In this document: positions 1-9,882 of the stretch, piece by piece | Layout: each line of letters opens with the position of its first letter | Numbering within the stretch: the stretch's first letter is position 1 | NCBI GenBank assembly: GCA_965227775.1 | Contig: OZ245777.1 | Coordinates: forward strand, 192,001-256,000 | Direction: 5' to 3' | Length of the DNA: 64,000 nt | Source of the DNA: Phycisphaerales bacterium | GTDB taxonomy: Bacteria > Planctomycetota > Phycisphaerae > Phycisphaerales > UBA1924 | Position numbers and translations under genes: made by a program | Notes under the pieces: generated by a model | Seen by the model: the letters and a program-made list of their open reading frames with translations, nothing else | Database searches by the model: none | Told to the model about the DNA's origin: nothing

Positions 1-470
1 TCCGGTTCCAGGGCCGGCACATCCACGACCTCGAGTCGTTCTGCGCCCAGCTTGAGCGGAGCGTGCCCGGGCCGTCACTGGCCCGACGTGTGCACGGCCC
101 GCGCGGCGTCGTGTCGATGCTCCGCGGGCGCGACCCCGCCCACTGCGGGCCGGCCAGCCGATACCGCTTCCTCCTCTGGGACGATGCGCACGTGTTGCTC
201 GAGAGCGACCGCCAGCTCTTCGGCGAGCTCGTCGATGCCATCGTGGGCGTTTCGGCCGAGTCGGAGTACGTCGGCGACGACCTGCTGCTGATCCAGCGGG
301 CAATGTTCGCGGGCAACGCCGCGTTGAAGACCTACGCCGATGACCCGCGCGGCCAGTTCAACATCTGGCTCCCCGACGGCTTCGACGAGCCCTTCTGGGA
401 AGTGGTCACAGGCATCGAAGCGCCGTCGATCACGACGCTCTCGATCGATCGCCTGATCGACCCGAGGTAA
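1..470 (+). CDS. Hypothetical protein, 5'-truncated by the window edge; weak barstar-like appearance
   Basis: Frame is open from position 3 (RFQGRHIHDLESFCAQLERSV...) to TAA at 468-470. The 'G..I.DL.SF..QL' and 'FLLWDDAHVLL' segments recall barstar-fold proteins (weak). Confidence 0.6.
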   Translation, partial: RFQGRHIHDLESFCAQLERSVPGPSLARRVHGPRGVVSMLRGRDPAHCGPASRYRFLLWDDAHVLLESDRQLFGELVDAIVGVSAESEYVGDDLLLIQRAMFAGNAALKTYADDPRGQFNIWLPDGFDEPFWEVVTGIEAPSITTLSIDRLIDPR

Positions 471-491
471 CGCGAAGCTCGATCGCTCGAA

Positions 492-1355
492 TCAGCTGCA
501 CCCGGCCATGAACGCAGCCTGGAAGCAGGCGAAATCGTCCATCGAGACGGTGCCATCGCTGTCGCAGTCCGCGGCATCGTCGCCGGACGCGAACGCGTTC
601 TGGAAGCACAAGAAGTCGAAGATGGTCAGTTCGCCATCGCCATCACAATCAGCTGCGCACGAAAAGCTCCCGTAAACCTCGTACGGAAGCGAGACCTGCA
701 CGCCGCCCTCGGTCTTGCTCCGTGCTGGTCGCCACGCACCCAGCACGCGCTGACGGGCCTCACCCGTGACGGGCCGCGCATCGTCTCCCAGGTACGGGCT
801 GTACGGACCACCATCGAGGCTGCCGGCCAGGGTCCACACGAGCCAGTAGTCGCCGGCCTCGACGGACCAATCGAGATCCCCTGCCGTGAGCGCAAACACC
901 GGGCGATCGATCGTGAAGGTCACTCCGGTCATCGCGACGTAGGCGTTGGCGGACTCGACGGTCGTCAGCATATTGGCGTCGATGTCGCCTTCTACTCGCA
1001 TGCTGCCGGCATCGCCCGGACGACCCGACCACAACTCCAGCCCGAGCGAGTCGATGGTCGGACCATCGATGGCGCCCTGCTGGTACGCGTAGACCACGAC
1101 CGACTCGATCGTCGCGTCGGCGTCCAGCGTGATCGGTTCTGCAAGGCGGTACGCCAGCGGCGCGTGAGCACTCACGCCCGCGGAGGCGCCCTCGGGGACG
1201 GCCCAGATCAGGTCGGCTCCGGTGTCGTGGGCTCCGGGCATGGCCGAGAGCGGGCCGTTGCTCGCCAGGCGCTCCTGGCCGAAAGCAGCGGCACACCCGA
1301 ACGAAGCAAGAACGATACCGATCTGCATCGCGGCGTTGGTCGTGGTCTGGGCCAT
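492..1355 (-). CDS. Secreted protein with C-terminal GC-type dockerin-like (double EF-hand) module
   Basis: ATG at 1355 with GGAGGAG RBS; signal peptide ending AAAFG|Q; C-terminus [23 protein letters not shown]...ADCDSDG...AGCS*. Confidence 0.85.
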   Translation of the reverse strand: MAQTTTNAAMQIGIVLASFGCAAAFGQERLASNGPLSAMPGAHDTGADLIWAVPEGASAGVSAHAPLAYRLAEPITLDADATIESVVVYAYQQGAIDGPTIDSLGLELWSGRPGDAGSMRVEGDIDANMLTTVESANAYVAMTGVTFTIDRPVFALTAGDLDWSVEAGDYWLVWTLAGSLDGGPYSPYLGDDARPVTGEARQRVLGAWRPARSKTEGGVQVSLPYEVYGSFSCAADCDGDGELTIFDFLCFQNAFASGDDAADCDSDGTVSMDDFACFQAAFMAGCS

Positions 1356-1642
1356 GAGTCTCCTCCGGATGCAGATTACGCACCGCCCCGGTTCATCGCT
1401 ACACCGCGAAGCCCCTCCCGGCCAGCAGCAGGCATCTCTCGTGGCTGACATCCGCGATGGGCGGGGCGCAAGATCCGCGTGTCCGGAAAATCTCGTGAAG
1501 TCTGCAGAACCGCGATAAACCACCCACCCGGTCCGAGCCGATGCGATAAGCGGAGCGAGAGCCATGGTGGCGAGGGACGTCCCGAGTGGCCAGGTGGTGG
1601 GCCGCGGGCGAATCGGTTTCATCCACACGGTGGTGACTGACA

Positions 1643-1993
1643 ATGGATGCAGCGCAGCAGATCGAACTCAAGCGGCTGAGCACCAGGACGAAGGCCGACG
1701 CGATGCCCGACCCCGGGCCCTACGCGTTCGACCGGCGTCGCACGGTGCGCACCGCGGCCAACGGACAGCGCCTGGGCGTGGTGTTTGGGGTCGAGGGCGG
1801 CCGATGGCTCCTGCCGCTGGAACTTCGCGACACGAGCGCGAGCGGCGTGGGCCTGGTATGCGGCCAGCAGCTCGAGCCAGGCGATCGCGTGACCCTGTAC
1901 GACGAGGGGCGCCGGGCCACGTTCGTGAAGGGCCTGGTGACGCGGTGCCAGTCTCGCGAGGACGGCCGGTTCGACCTCGGCCTGAGCTTCTAG
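1643..1993 (+). CDS. Single-domain PilZ protein (c-di-GMP receptor)
   Basis: RxxxR (DRRRTVR) and DxSxxG (RDTSASGVG) motifs followed by beta-barrel-like sequence. Confidence 0.85.
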   Translation: MDAAQQIELKRLSTRTKADAMPDPGPYAFDRRRTVRTAANGQRLGVVFGVEGGRWLLPLELRDTSASGVGLVCGQQLEPGDRVTLYDEGRRATFVKGLVTRCQSREDGRFDLGLSF

Positions 1994-2021
1994 CAGCCAG
2001 GAAAAGCAAACACCCTGAAGC

Positions 2022-2606
2022 TCAGTCGATCGTGCGGCCCAAGCTGGCCCACGTGTTCCTGTAACGTCGCGCCATGTCGTCGAGCGCCTGGGGAACGACG
2101 CGTACCTGGGCGACGGTGGTGATGAAGTTCGTGTCGCCGCCCCATCGCGGAACGACGTGCACGTGCAGGTGGCTCGGCACGCCCGCCCCAGCGGCCCTTC
2201 CCTGGTTGACGCCCATGTTGAGCCCCTGGCACTCCAGCGTGCGCTCGGCGAGATCGCAAGCGAGCTCGGTGAGCATCCACAGGTGCGCACGGTCTTCGGG
2301 CTCGTAGTCGAGCAGCCTCGGTCGAGGATCGCCCAGCGCAATGAGCAGGTGCCCATTGGCATACGGAAACGCGTTGAGCAGGATCATGCCGCGCTTTGTA
2401 CGCGCGATGACGTGATTGGCCTCATCGCGCTCGGGGTTGTTCCAGTAGGCCGAAAGGAACGTGCCGCCCGAGCCGTCGCCCGCCTGCGCGTCGGCATCGC
2501 CCAGCGACTCGAGGTACTGCAGCCGCCACGGCGCGTGGATGCCATCGGGGCCGGCGGGGCGATTATCGGGGCCACGGCCCGGCACGGCGCGGTCATCGGT
2601 GGGCAT
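2022..2606 (-). CDS. HIT family hydrolase (Ap4A phosphorylase/FHIT-like)
   Basis: HLHVHVVPRW histidine triad, NAFPYANGHLL, IHAPWRLQY. Start at ATG 2606, 5 nt downstream of TACAGT. Confidence 0.9.
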   Translation of the reverse strand: MPTDDRAVPGRGPDNRPAGPDGIHAPWRLQYLESLGDADAQAGDGSGGTFLSAYWNNPERDEANHVIARTKRGMILLNAFPYANGHLLIALGDPRPRLLDYEPEDRAHLWMLTELACDLAERTLECQGLNMGVNQGRAAGAGVPSHLHVHVVPRWGGDTNFITTVAQVRVVPQALDDMARRYRNTWASLGRTID

Positions 2607-2678
2607 GGGCGACTGTAGCGGCTGCGGGCGTCCCTCTATCCGGCCGATATCCAGGTAAGGGCTTCGGAGGCACACGGC

Positions 2679-3116
2679 ATGAAGATCTCGGACATCATGA
2701 CCCGGCAGCTGGTGACGGCGGACATGGACGACGACCTGGAGCACCTGCGCGAGCTGTTCACGCGCTATCGCTTCCGGCACTTGCCGATCATTGGCGACGA
2801 CGGCAAGCTCGCGGGGATTGTGTCGGATCGCGACGTGCTGGCTGCGGTCAGTCCGTTCGCGGGCACCATCAACGAGCGAACAGCCGACGCGAACAGCCTG
2901 AGGCGGCGTGCCCACCAGATCATGACCCGCAGCCCGAGCACGATCTCGCCCGATGAGACGGCCGAGAACGCAACACTCATGCTGCTGCACCGGCGGATAT
3001 CGGCCCTGCCTGTGGTGGACGATCGGGACCACCTCGTAGGCGTGGTGACCATGCGGGACCTCATGCGGTGGCTCCTGAATCACGCGGCGATCGATCCGCG
3101 GCAGGGTGCGGCCTAG
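2679..3116 (+). CDS. CBS domain pair protein
   Basis: Two CBS repeats (FRHLPII..GIVSDRD; ISALPVV..GVVTMRD); GGAGG RBS. Confidence 0.9.
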   Translation: MKISDIMTRQLVTADMDDDLEHLRELFTRYRFRHLPIIGDDGKLAGIVSDRDVLAAVSPFAGTINERTADANSLRRRAHQIMTRSPSTISPDETAENATLMLLHRRISALPVVDDRDHLVGVVTMRDLMRWLLNHAAIDPRQGAA

Positions 3117-3216
3117 GGCTTATCCTGACAATCTGGCGGCCCGGATGGGTGCCCGTCGCTGGCAGCGGGGATATACTCTCCGTTCCACGCACCAGACGAA
3201 TCTTCGGAGCCGGGCC

Positions 3217-3453
3217 ATGAAGCAGGACACCCACCCCAAGTACTACCCCAACTGCAAGGTCTACCACAACGGCGAGGTCGTCATGACCGTCGGCGCCACG
3301 GTGCCCGAGATGCACGTAGAAGTCTGGTCGGGCTCGCACCCGTTCTTCACGGGCAAGCAGGCATTCGTCGACGCGGCCGGCCGCGTGGAGAAGTTCCAGC
3401 GGAAGTTTGGCGGCAACTACTTCGCCGGCAAGGACAAGAAGAAGGCCAAATAG
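3217..3453 (+). CDS. rpmE: 50S ribosomal protein L31, lacking the Zn-binding cysteines
   Basis: MKQDTHPKYY...EVWSGSHPFFTGKQAFVDAAGRVEKFQRKF; GGAG RBS. Confidence 0.95.
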   Translation: MKQDTHPKYYPNCKVYHNGEVVMTVGATVPEMHVEVWSGSHPFFTGKQAFVDAAGRVEKFQRKFGGNYFAGKDKKKAK

Positions 3454-3487
3454 GCCCGACACTCGCCCGCATTCTGAAGCAGATTCG

Positions 3488-3517
3488 ACCGCACGGAACG
3501 CCGTGCGGTTTTCTTTT
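3488..3517 (+). terminator. Intrinsic terminator after rpmE
   Basis: ACCGCACGG-AACG-CCGTGCGGT hairpin followed by TTTCTTTT. Confidence 0.85.
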
Positions 3518-3645
3518 CGCGATTATGGGGCCCAGCAACTTGCCCAACCGGCATGACTGTCTTGCGTTTCGGCACGACCGGACCGGGATCGCTTCAGTCC
3601 GGCAGCGCTCAGCAAAAACAGTCGATAGACGGTACAGGAAGTCCC

Positions 3646-4365
3646 ATGTTCTCGGCAACGGAAGCCAGCCAAACCGCCAGCCCATTCGCCGCCCAAACGG
3701 CGCGTGCTGCCGCTCCCGGCCAGAAGACCGAGCGCTCCAAGACCGGCGAGCAGCTCAGCGATGCCGAGAAGCGCAAGCTGGATGAGCTCCGCGAGACCGA
3801 CGCCCGCGTGCGTCGGCACGAGGAGGCTCATCGCGCGGCGGCGGGCGCGCTCTATCGAGGCGGGCCCAACTACACGTTCGAGACCGGTCCCGACGGCAAG
3901 CGCTATGCGGTCGCCGGCTCGGTCCAGATCGATACCTCCCCCGGCCGGACGCCAGAGGAGACCGTGCAAAAGGCGGCCCAGATCCGTCGAGCGGCGTTGG
4001 CGCCGATGGATCCATCGGGCACCGACCGCGCGGTTGCTTCGAAGGCCACACGCATGGAAGATGCAGCGCGGCGGGCCATCGCCAAGCAGAGCCTCTCGGG
4101 CAGGCAGGCGGCCGAGGTCACGACGAGCGAACCCCCGCCTCCCCCCATCGCCGCGAGCGCGAGTGATGAGCGGGCGCAGCCGCAGGCCGAAGCATCCGCG
4201 TCCGAGCGGATTGAGCCCGCCGCTGTTGAGACACTCTCCCCGGGTGACTTGGGCAGCGAGGTCTGGTCGACCGTGAGCGCACTGAGCGACTCGACGCAGT
4301 TGAAGCAGGAACGCCGGGCAGATGAGATGCCCACGCCCGCGCCGCACATCGACGTAATGGCGTAG
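3646..4365 (+). CDS. SprA-related family protein (putative metalloprotease, HExxH)
   Basis: DARVRRHEEAHRAAAG...GPDGKRYAVAGSVQIDTS...AALAPMDPSGTDRAVA. Start chosen at ATG 3646 (AGGAAG RBS); 3553 is an alternative. Confidence 0.8.
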   Translation: MFSATEASQTASPFAAQTARAAAPGQKTERSKTGEQLSDAEKRKLDELRETDARVRRHEEAHRAAAGALYRGGPNYTFETGPDGKRYAVAGSVQIDTSPGRTPEETVQKAAQIRRAALAPMDPSGTDRAVASKATRMEDAARRAIAKQSLSGRQAAEVTTSEPPPPPIAASASDERAQPQAEASASERIEPAAVETLSPGDLGSEVWSTVSALSDSTQLKQERRADEMPTPAPHIDVMA

Positions 4366-4373
4366 CTGGCGAA

Positions 4374-5321
4374 TCAGGCCGGCCTGCTCGCCTGGCTCCT
4401 GAGAATCACGATCAATGCCGGTGCCGCGAGGATCGCAACGATCACACCCGTCGGCAGTCGGCCTGTCTCCATCGGTAGCAGCCGGGCGACGCCGTCGCTC
4501 GCGAGCATGAGCACCGCACCAACCATCGCCGCGCCAACGACGAGCGACGCGTGCCTTGGTCCCATCAGCATGCGCACGAGGTGCGGGCAGACCAGGCCGA
4601 GGAATGCGATTGGTCCGGAGAGCACGACGGCGATGGCGGTGAGCACGCCGGCGATCAGCACCATCTCGACTCGCAGCCGCCGGAGTGGCACGCCCGTCGT
4701 CAACGCCTCGTCCTCGCCCATGGCCGCCGCATCGAGCGCCCGGCCGCGCAAGGCGATCCACGCAACGCCCGCGAGCGCGACGCCGCCGGCCAGCACCATC
4801 TGACCGGTCGTGAGCGACTCGGTGAGCGATCCGAAGTACCAACCACCCTCGAGCCTCGCGCTGGGCGGCATGAGCGCGCGCACGGCGCTGGCGAGCGACC
4901 CCAGCCCGATGGCGAGCGCTACGCCGACGAGGATGAGCGTGACAGGTTCGACCTGGCCACGCCGTCGGCCCAGCATCAGCACGAGACCCAAGGCGCCAAT
5001 CGAGCCAACGAGCGCGGCAAGATCGTCGCGAACAGCCCAGCCCAGGGCATGCACCAGTGTGACAGCCAGCACAGCGCCGGCCGACATGCCCAGCAGGTCG
5101 GGCGACGCCAGCGGATTTCGGAGCATGGCTTGCAGCGCGACGCCCGCCGCACCCAGGGACACCCCGACGATGGTGGCGGCGATTGCGCGATCGAGGCGAA
5201 TGCCCCAGACCACGGCCGAATCTGGCATCGCGAGCCCGCCGCCAGGGTCGATCAGCAGCCGAACACCAACGGCGGCAACGAGCAACCCAGCGAGCAGGAT
5301 GAGCGCGACCCGTGCGGGCAT
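4374..5321 (-). CDS. FecCD/BtuC family ABC transporter permease (iron-chelate or cobalamin)
   Basis: QAMLRNPLASPDLLGMSAGA, MGEDEALTTGV, GPIAFLGLVCPHLVR, LPTGVIVAILAAP; multiple TM helices. Confidence 0.9.
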   Translation of the reverse strand: MPARVALILLAGLLVAAVGVRLLIDPGGGLAMPDSAVVWGIRLDRAIAATIVGVSLGAAGVALQAMLRNPLASPDLLGMSAGAVLAVTLVHALGWAVRDDLAALVGSIGALGLVLMLGRRRGQVEPVTLILVGVALAIGLGSLASAVRALMPPSARLEGGWYFGSLTESLTTGQMVLAGGVALAGVAWIALRGRALDAAAMGEDEALTTGVPLRRLRVEMVLIAGVLTAIAVVLSGPIAFLGLVCPHLVRMLMGPRHASLVVGAAMVGAVLMLASDGVARLLPMETGRLPTGVIVAILAAPALIVILRSQASRPA

Positions 5322-5412
5322 GGGCCAGCGTATGGCGCTACCATGGCGGCCCCGGCCTCTTCGGGCCGGCCTCGACCACCCAACGACCCTTCTGCGACGG
5401 AGCCGGGCACGC

Positions 5413-5835
5413 ATGAGCACCCTAACCTGCAAGCTGATCACCCCCGATGGCGTGCTCTCGGATGGACCGGTGCAGTACGCCTCGGTGCCTGCCCACGACG
5501 GCCAATTCGGCGTGCTGCCGGGCCGGGCCCCCGTGGTCGCCAAGCTGGGCCTGGGGCTGCTGACGCTCAAGACCAGCGACCGACAGGAGCAGGTCTACCT
5601 GGTCGAAGACGGCTTCGTGCAGGTCTCGGGCGACACCATCCGCGTGCTTGCGAGTAGCGCGAAGGCGCCGGCCGATCTCGACGAGCAGGACGCCAAGGCC
5701 GAACTGGCCGAGGCCGAGGCCCGCCGCGTGCCGAAGGACCACCCCGATCCGGTGGCCGAGCAGGAGCGCATCACGCGGCAGATGGAGCGTGCGAAGCTGC
5801 AGCTCAGGCTGATCCGCGAGCGCGATCGACGATAA
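5413..5835 (+). CDS. atpC: F0F1 ATP synthase epsilon subunit (stand-alone)
   Basis: LITPDG...PAHDGQFGVLPGRAP...VEDGFVQV...VLASSA, then a helical C-terminal hairpin. Confidence 0.9.
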   Translation: MSTLTCKLITPDGVLSDGPVQYASVPAHDGQFGVLPGRAPVVAKLGLGLLTLKTSDRQEQVYLVEDGFVQVSGDTIRVLASSAKAPADLDEQDAKAELAEAEARRVPKDHPDPVAEQERITRQMERAKLQLRLIRERDRR

Positions 5836-5857
5836 GTCGAAACGAACTTCGTGCCAG

Positions 5858-5882
5858 AAACCGCGTGAGGACGCGGTTTTTC
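5858..5882. terminator. Probable bidirectional terminator between convergent atpC and speB
   Basis: AAACCGCGT-GAGG-ACGCGGTTT hairpin with A and T flanks. Confidence 0.75.
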
Positions 5883-6880
5883 TATGCGCCCAGCGCGCAC
5901 ATCTTGTAGAGCACTCGAGTCCCCACCACCGCGTCGATCGATCGAACGCTCGGATCGGGATCGGGCGCGACCTCGACAAGATCGAAGCCGACGACGGTCT
6001 TGCCGCTATCGACAATGGCCTTGATGACCGCAGCGGCCTGCGAGAAACTCAGGCCGCCGGGCACGGGCGTGCCCGTGTTGGGGCACAAGAAGACCTCGAG
6101 CACGTCGATGTCGAAGGTGACGTAGAGCCTGTCGGGCAGCGCCCCAAGCGCTCGATCAACGAGCGACCGGAACGCAGCCGGATCGCCGCCAGCATCGGCC
6201 ACGTCTTCGCCAAAGATGGTGGTGACGGGCTTGCCGAGATCCGTCTTCGCCGCATGGGCGAATTCGAGTTCTTCCTTGCAGTAGTCTCGGATCCCGATCT
6301 GGGCGAGCGCCTTGACACCAGGCGACATGATGAGCGCGTTGCGCATGATCGAGGCATGGCTGTGCGTGAGCCCGCAGTAGGCATCACGCAGGTCCATGTG
6401 GGCGTCCAGTTGCAGGATGCCGATCTCGCCCGCGTGCTCGGCGCAGGCCTCGATGGCGCCCAGGGGCACGCCATGCTCGCCACCAACCAGCCCAGGAGTC
6501 TTGCCTTCGCTCAGGATCTGCGCGACGTGCTCGTGCGTGTACCTGCGGATGCGCTCGCACGCGGCGTTCACCCGTTCGCGGGCTGACTCATCCACCGGCG
6601 GTTCGCCCTCGACCTCGATCAGCATCTCGGCATCGGGTCGGACCGCGGCCGAGAGTTCGGCGATCCACGGCTCGATGGGCTCCATGACGATGCCCCGGTC
6701 GGCGATTCGGCCGAGGCGCGTGTCTTCCAGGTCGACCTGAGCCGATGCCTCCAGCACCGCCAAAGGCCCCCGGGCCGTGCCGGGTCGATAGCTGGTGGTC
6801 GCGTCGAAGGGCACGCCAACGAGCACGACGCCCGCGTCGGATCGTGCGACCGGGAGGCGGAGGAAGTCGGGCTGGGTCAT
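5882..6880 (-). CDS. speB: Agmatinase / ureohydrolase family
   Basis: GVPFDATTSYRPG, GGEH, DAHMD, HAS, FDIDVL, TGTPVPGGL, DLVEVAP. Confidence 0.88.
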   Translation of the reverse strand: MTQPDFLRLPVARSDAGVVLVGVPFDATTSYRPGTARGPLAVLEASAQVDLEDTRLGRIADRGIVMEPIEPWIAELSAAVRPDAEMLIEVEGEPPVDESARERVNAACERIRRYTHEHVAQILSEGKTPGLVGGEHGVPLGAIEACAEHAGEIGILQLDAHMDLRDAYCGLTHSHASIMRNALIMSPGVKALAQIGIRDYCKEELEFAHAAKTDLGKPVTTIFGEDVADAGGDPAAFRSLVDRALGALPDRLYVTFDIDVLEVFLCPNTGTPVPGGLSFSQAAAVIKAIVDSGKTVVGFDLVEVAPDPDPSVRSIDAVVGTRVLYKMCALGA

Positions 6881-7008
6881 GCGAGCGTGCTCCGGTGAGC
6901 CGATGGAAGGTCGGCGACCGCGCCACGGTAGGGCTTGCTTGGCCCACCCGGGGTGGGTAGGTTGCTTGCGATTCGAACCGGCTCGAACCCGATGCTCGTG
7001 GAGACGCC

Positions 7009-8844
7009 ATGGACCCCAGCGACACCCCGACGCCCAACACGCCCGCCGAACCAAAGCTGAGCAGCAAGCGACGTGGTGCGCTCGACTGGGTGGAGTGGCT
7101 CGGCAACAAGCTGCCGGATGCGGCCACGCTGTTCCTTCTGGGGGCGATCGTGGTGATGATCGTCAGCCACATCGCGTACACGCAGGGCTGGTCGGTCGAG
7201 GTGCAATCGCTGCGCGAGACCGTTGATCCCGCGACCGGCGAGGCAACGACCGAGCTCGTCCCCACCGGCACGGTGCTAACTGCAAAGAGCCTGCTGACCA
7301 GCGATGGCTTGTATTGGTGCCTGAGCACGATGGTCGCCAACTTCATGGGCTTCGCGCCGCTGGGCGTGGTGCTCACCGGCATGCTGGGCATCGGCGTCGC
7401 GGAGAAGACCGGGCTGATCGGAGCCGGGCTCAAGGCGTTCATGAAGGTCGTTCCCAACCAGCTCCTGACACCGGCGATGGTGTTCCTGGGCATCATGAGC
7501 AGCTTCGGCCTCGACGCGGGATACGTCGTGCTGCCACCGCTTGCGGCACTCTTGTACAAATCGGTGGGTCGCTCGCCACTGGCGGGCATCGCCGCGGTGT
7601 TCGCGGGTGTTGCCGCGGGCTTCAACGCGAACCTCGTGGTGACCGGTCTCGACCCCATGCTCGCGGCACTCAGCACACAGGGTGCACAGATCATCGATGC
7701 GGACTATCAAGTTGCCGCAACTTGCAACTGGTGGTTCATGATTGCGTCGACGTTCGTCATCACCGGCGTGGGCTGGGCGACGAGCGCCTGGTTCGTCGAG
7801 CGAAGGCTCAGCCGCAAGAGCATCGAAGAGGGCGGCCCCGCCCCCATCGAAGCGGTCGATCTCGAGAGCCAGCAGATCACGCCAACGGAGCAGAAGGGCT
7901 TAGTCGCTGCGGCACTCACGGGCATCGTTGTCATCGGCATCATCGTGGCAACCGTCGTGGTCAAGGATTGGCCGCTCTACGACTACAAGGTGCCGGGCGT
8001 GGCAACCGTTGAGAACCCCAATCCCGATCCATCGATCGCCGACCGCGTAAAGCTCAACGGCGAGCCCATCGAGGCTCCGGAGTCGATGCCCGAGGGTGCG
8101 GTGGTCGTTGACGGTGCGGGCTACTACGCCGACGAAACTCTCACCACGTTCGTGACCGACTCGGGAGAGGTGCTGCAGAAGCGCTCGCCACCCTTCGCCC
8201 GCTGGGTCGTCGTCATCACGCCGCTCATCTTCATCGGGTCGATCATCCCGGGCATGGTCTACGGAGTCGTCACCGGTAGCATCAAGAGCACGAAGGACGC
8301 CGGTGCGGTCATGATCAAGGCCATCGAGATGATGGCGCCGATCATCGTGCTGGCGTTCTTTGCCGCCCAGTTCATCCAGTACATGAGCTACAGCGGGCTC
8401 GACGTGATGATGGCGCACGCGGGCGGGCAGTCGCTCGCGACGAGCGGCCTGAGCAACTACGGGCTGGTCATTGCGTTCATCGTCATGACCATGTTCTTCA
8501 ACCTGTTCATCGGGTCGATGAGCGCCAAGTACACGCTGTTCGCACCAATCTTCGTGCCCATGCTCATGTTCGTGGGCATCAGCCCCGAGCTAACCCAGGC
8601 GGCCTACCGCATCGGCGACAGCACGACCAACATCATCACGCCGCTCAACGCGTACCTGGTCATCATCCTCGTGTTCATGCAGAGGTTTGCACCCCGTTCG
8701 GGTATGGGCACACTGATCTCGATGATGATGCCCTACACGATCGTGTTCGCGATTGTCTGGACCATCATGCTGATGCTCTGGATGGCCCTCGGCCTCGAGC
8801 TCGGGCCCAATGGCCCGCTGACCTACAGCATGACGCAGGGTTGA
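7009..8844 (+). CDS. AbgT family transporter
   Basis: WVEWLGNKLPD, GRSPLAGIAAVFAGVAAGF, FIGSMSAK, QAAYRIGDSTTNIITP. Confidence 0.92.
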   Translation: MDPSDTPTPNTPAEPKLSSKRRGALDWVEWLGNKLPDAATLFLLGAIVVMIVSHIAYTQGWSVEVQSLRETVDPATGEATTELVPTGTVLTAKSLLTSDGLYWCLSTMVANFMGFAPLGVVLTGMLGIGVAEKTGLIGAGLKAFMKVVPNQLLTPAMVFLGIMSSFGLDAGYVVLPPLAALLYKSVGRSPLAGIAAVFAGVAAGFNANLVVTGLDPMLAALSTQGAQIIDADYQVAATCNWWFMIASTFVITGVGWATSAWFVERRLSRKSIEEGGPAPIEAVDLESQQITPTEQKGLVAAALTGIVVIGIIVATVVVKDWPLYDYKVPGVATVENPNPDPSIADRVKLNGEPIEAPESMPEGAVVVDGAGYYADETLTTFVTDSGEVLQKRSPPFARWVVVITPLIFIGSIIPGMVYGVVTGSIKSTKDAGAVMIKAIEMMAPIIVLAFFAAQFIQYMSYSGLDVMMAHAGGQSLATSGLSNYGLVIAFIVMTMFFNLFIGSMSAKYTLFAPIFVPMLMFVGISPELTQAAYRIGDSTTNIITPLNAYLVIILVFMQRFAPRSGMGTLISMMMPYTIVFAIVWTIMLMLWMALGLELGPNGPLTYSMTQG

Positions 8845-8961
8845 GATCGCTGAGAATTCCTTAAGAATCAGATATCGAGTTAGGACCGATCGACTTTTGC
8901 CAGTACGATGTTCGTACGGCCGAGATCGCCTGCGCGAATGAGCCGATGAAGCAGCACGGGA

Positions 8962-9882
8962 GTGGGCTCGATCGTTGTGGGGCCGCTGCCGGGTTTTTCG
9001 ATCGGGTGTGGTGCTATGGGACCTTCGGGAGATGCGAAGCTCGACGCGCTGCCCGCTCAGGGTGGCCAGGGAGCTCCGCGCGCCCACCCCGTCGAGGAGT
9101 TGCTTCTTTTTGCGGGAGCCGTGCGTCACTCACCGCTGCTGAAGGCGACCCGTCGCAACGTGCTCGATCTGCCGTTGCTCGACGGACAGACCATCGGAAC
9201 GCAGTGGCAGGACGCGCTGAGCGAGGTTTGCGCGTCGGTGCCGATCCGAGTGTTAACGGACGCAAAGAGCCCGGTGCCGAAGTCAATGAGCGACGAACGC
9301 ACCTCGATCGAGCCTGACGACGTCGCGTTCCTTGGAACCGGCGGCGTATTGCGGGCGGCGGCGCGCGGTCGCAAGGGCAAGCTCTTGATTGCCACCGGCG
9401 GAAGCGTGCTGGGCGGCTCGCTTGCCGTGATCGTCGAGCAACTGCTCTCGCTCGACGCCGACGTTGGCCTCGTTGCCGAGCACGATGGAACGCCGACAGG
9501 GCTCATGCTCGTCTCGGCCGAAGTCCTGCGGGAAATGCCCGGAGCGGGCTACATGGACTTCAAGGAGCAGTGCCTCCCGGGCATCGCTCAGCGACACCGT
9601 GTACGCGTGTTGCGAGCGTCCGCGGCCGAGCGCGTGTGCTTTCCGGTCCGAGACCGTGAGCAGTATCTCGGGGCACTGTCACACCTCTCGGATCGTAAGT
9701 CTTTCACGGTCATCGAGCCGGGAGCCGAGATGGCGACCACGAGCCGAGCGCGTGATGCCGTGGTGCTGGCCGGGGCGCGCGTGGGCGACAAGGCAATCGT
9801 GGCACGTTCGATACTCGGGCCTGGCGCTTCGATCGCGAAGGGGCAGGTTGTGACCGATGCCATCCTCGGGAGCGGGGCATGA
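8962..9882 (+). CDS. Degenerate sugar-phosphate nucleotidyltransferase-like protein with C-terminal left-handed beta-helix
   Basis: LLLFAGAVRHSPL...NVLDLPL (no GxGTR), LGTGGVLR, YMDFKEQCLP, short hexapeptide repeats. Start uncertain (8962 GTG or 9016 ATG). Confidence 0.65.
   Translation: MGSIVVGPLPGFSIGCGAMGPSGDAKLDALPAQGGQGAPRAHPVEELLLFAGAVRHSPLLKATRRNVLDLPLLDGQTIGTQWQDALSEVCASVPIRVLTDAKSPVPKSMSDERTSIEPDDVAFLGTGGVLRAAARGRKGKLLIATGGSVLGGSLAVIVEQLLSLDADVGLVAEHDGTPTGLMLVSAEVLREMPGAGYMDFKEQCLPGIAQRHRVRVLRASAAERVCFPVRDREQYLGALSHLSDRKSFTVIEPGAEMATTSRARDAVVLAGARVGDKAIVARSILGPGASIAKGQVVTDAILGSGA

Noticed and set aside
1516..1544. sigma28 promoter upstream of the PilZ gene (TAAA...GCCGAT)
   Set aside because: Spacing is 17 instead of about 15, and GCCGAT is frequent in this GC-rich sequence.
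8902..8917. LexA-like box AGTAC-GAT-GTTC upstream of the exosortase operon
   Set aside because: The spacer does not fit known boxes; it is more simply a -10 element (TACGAT) within a short 6-bp inverted repeat.
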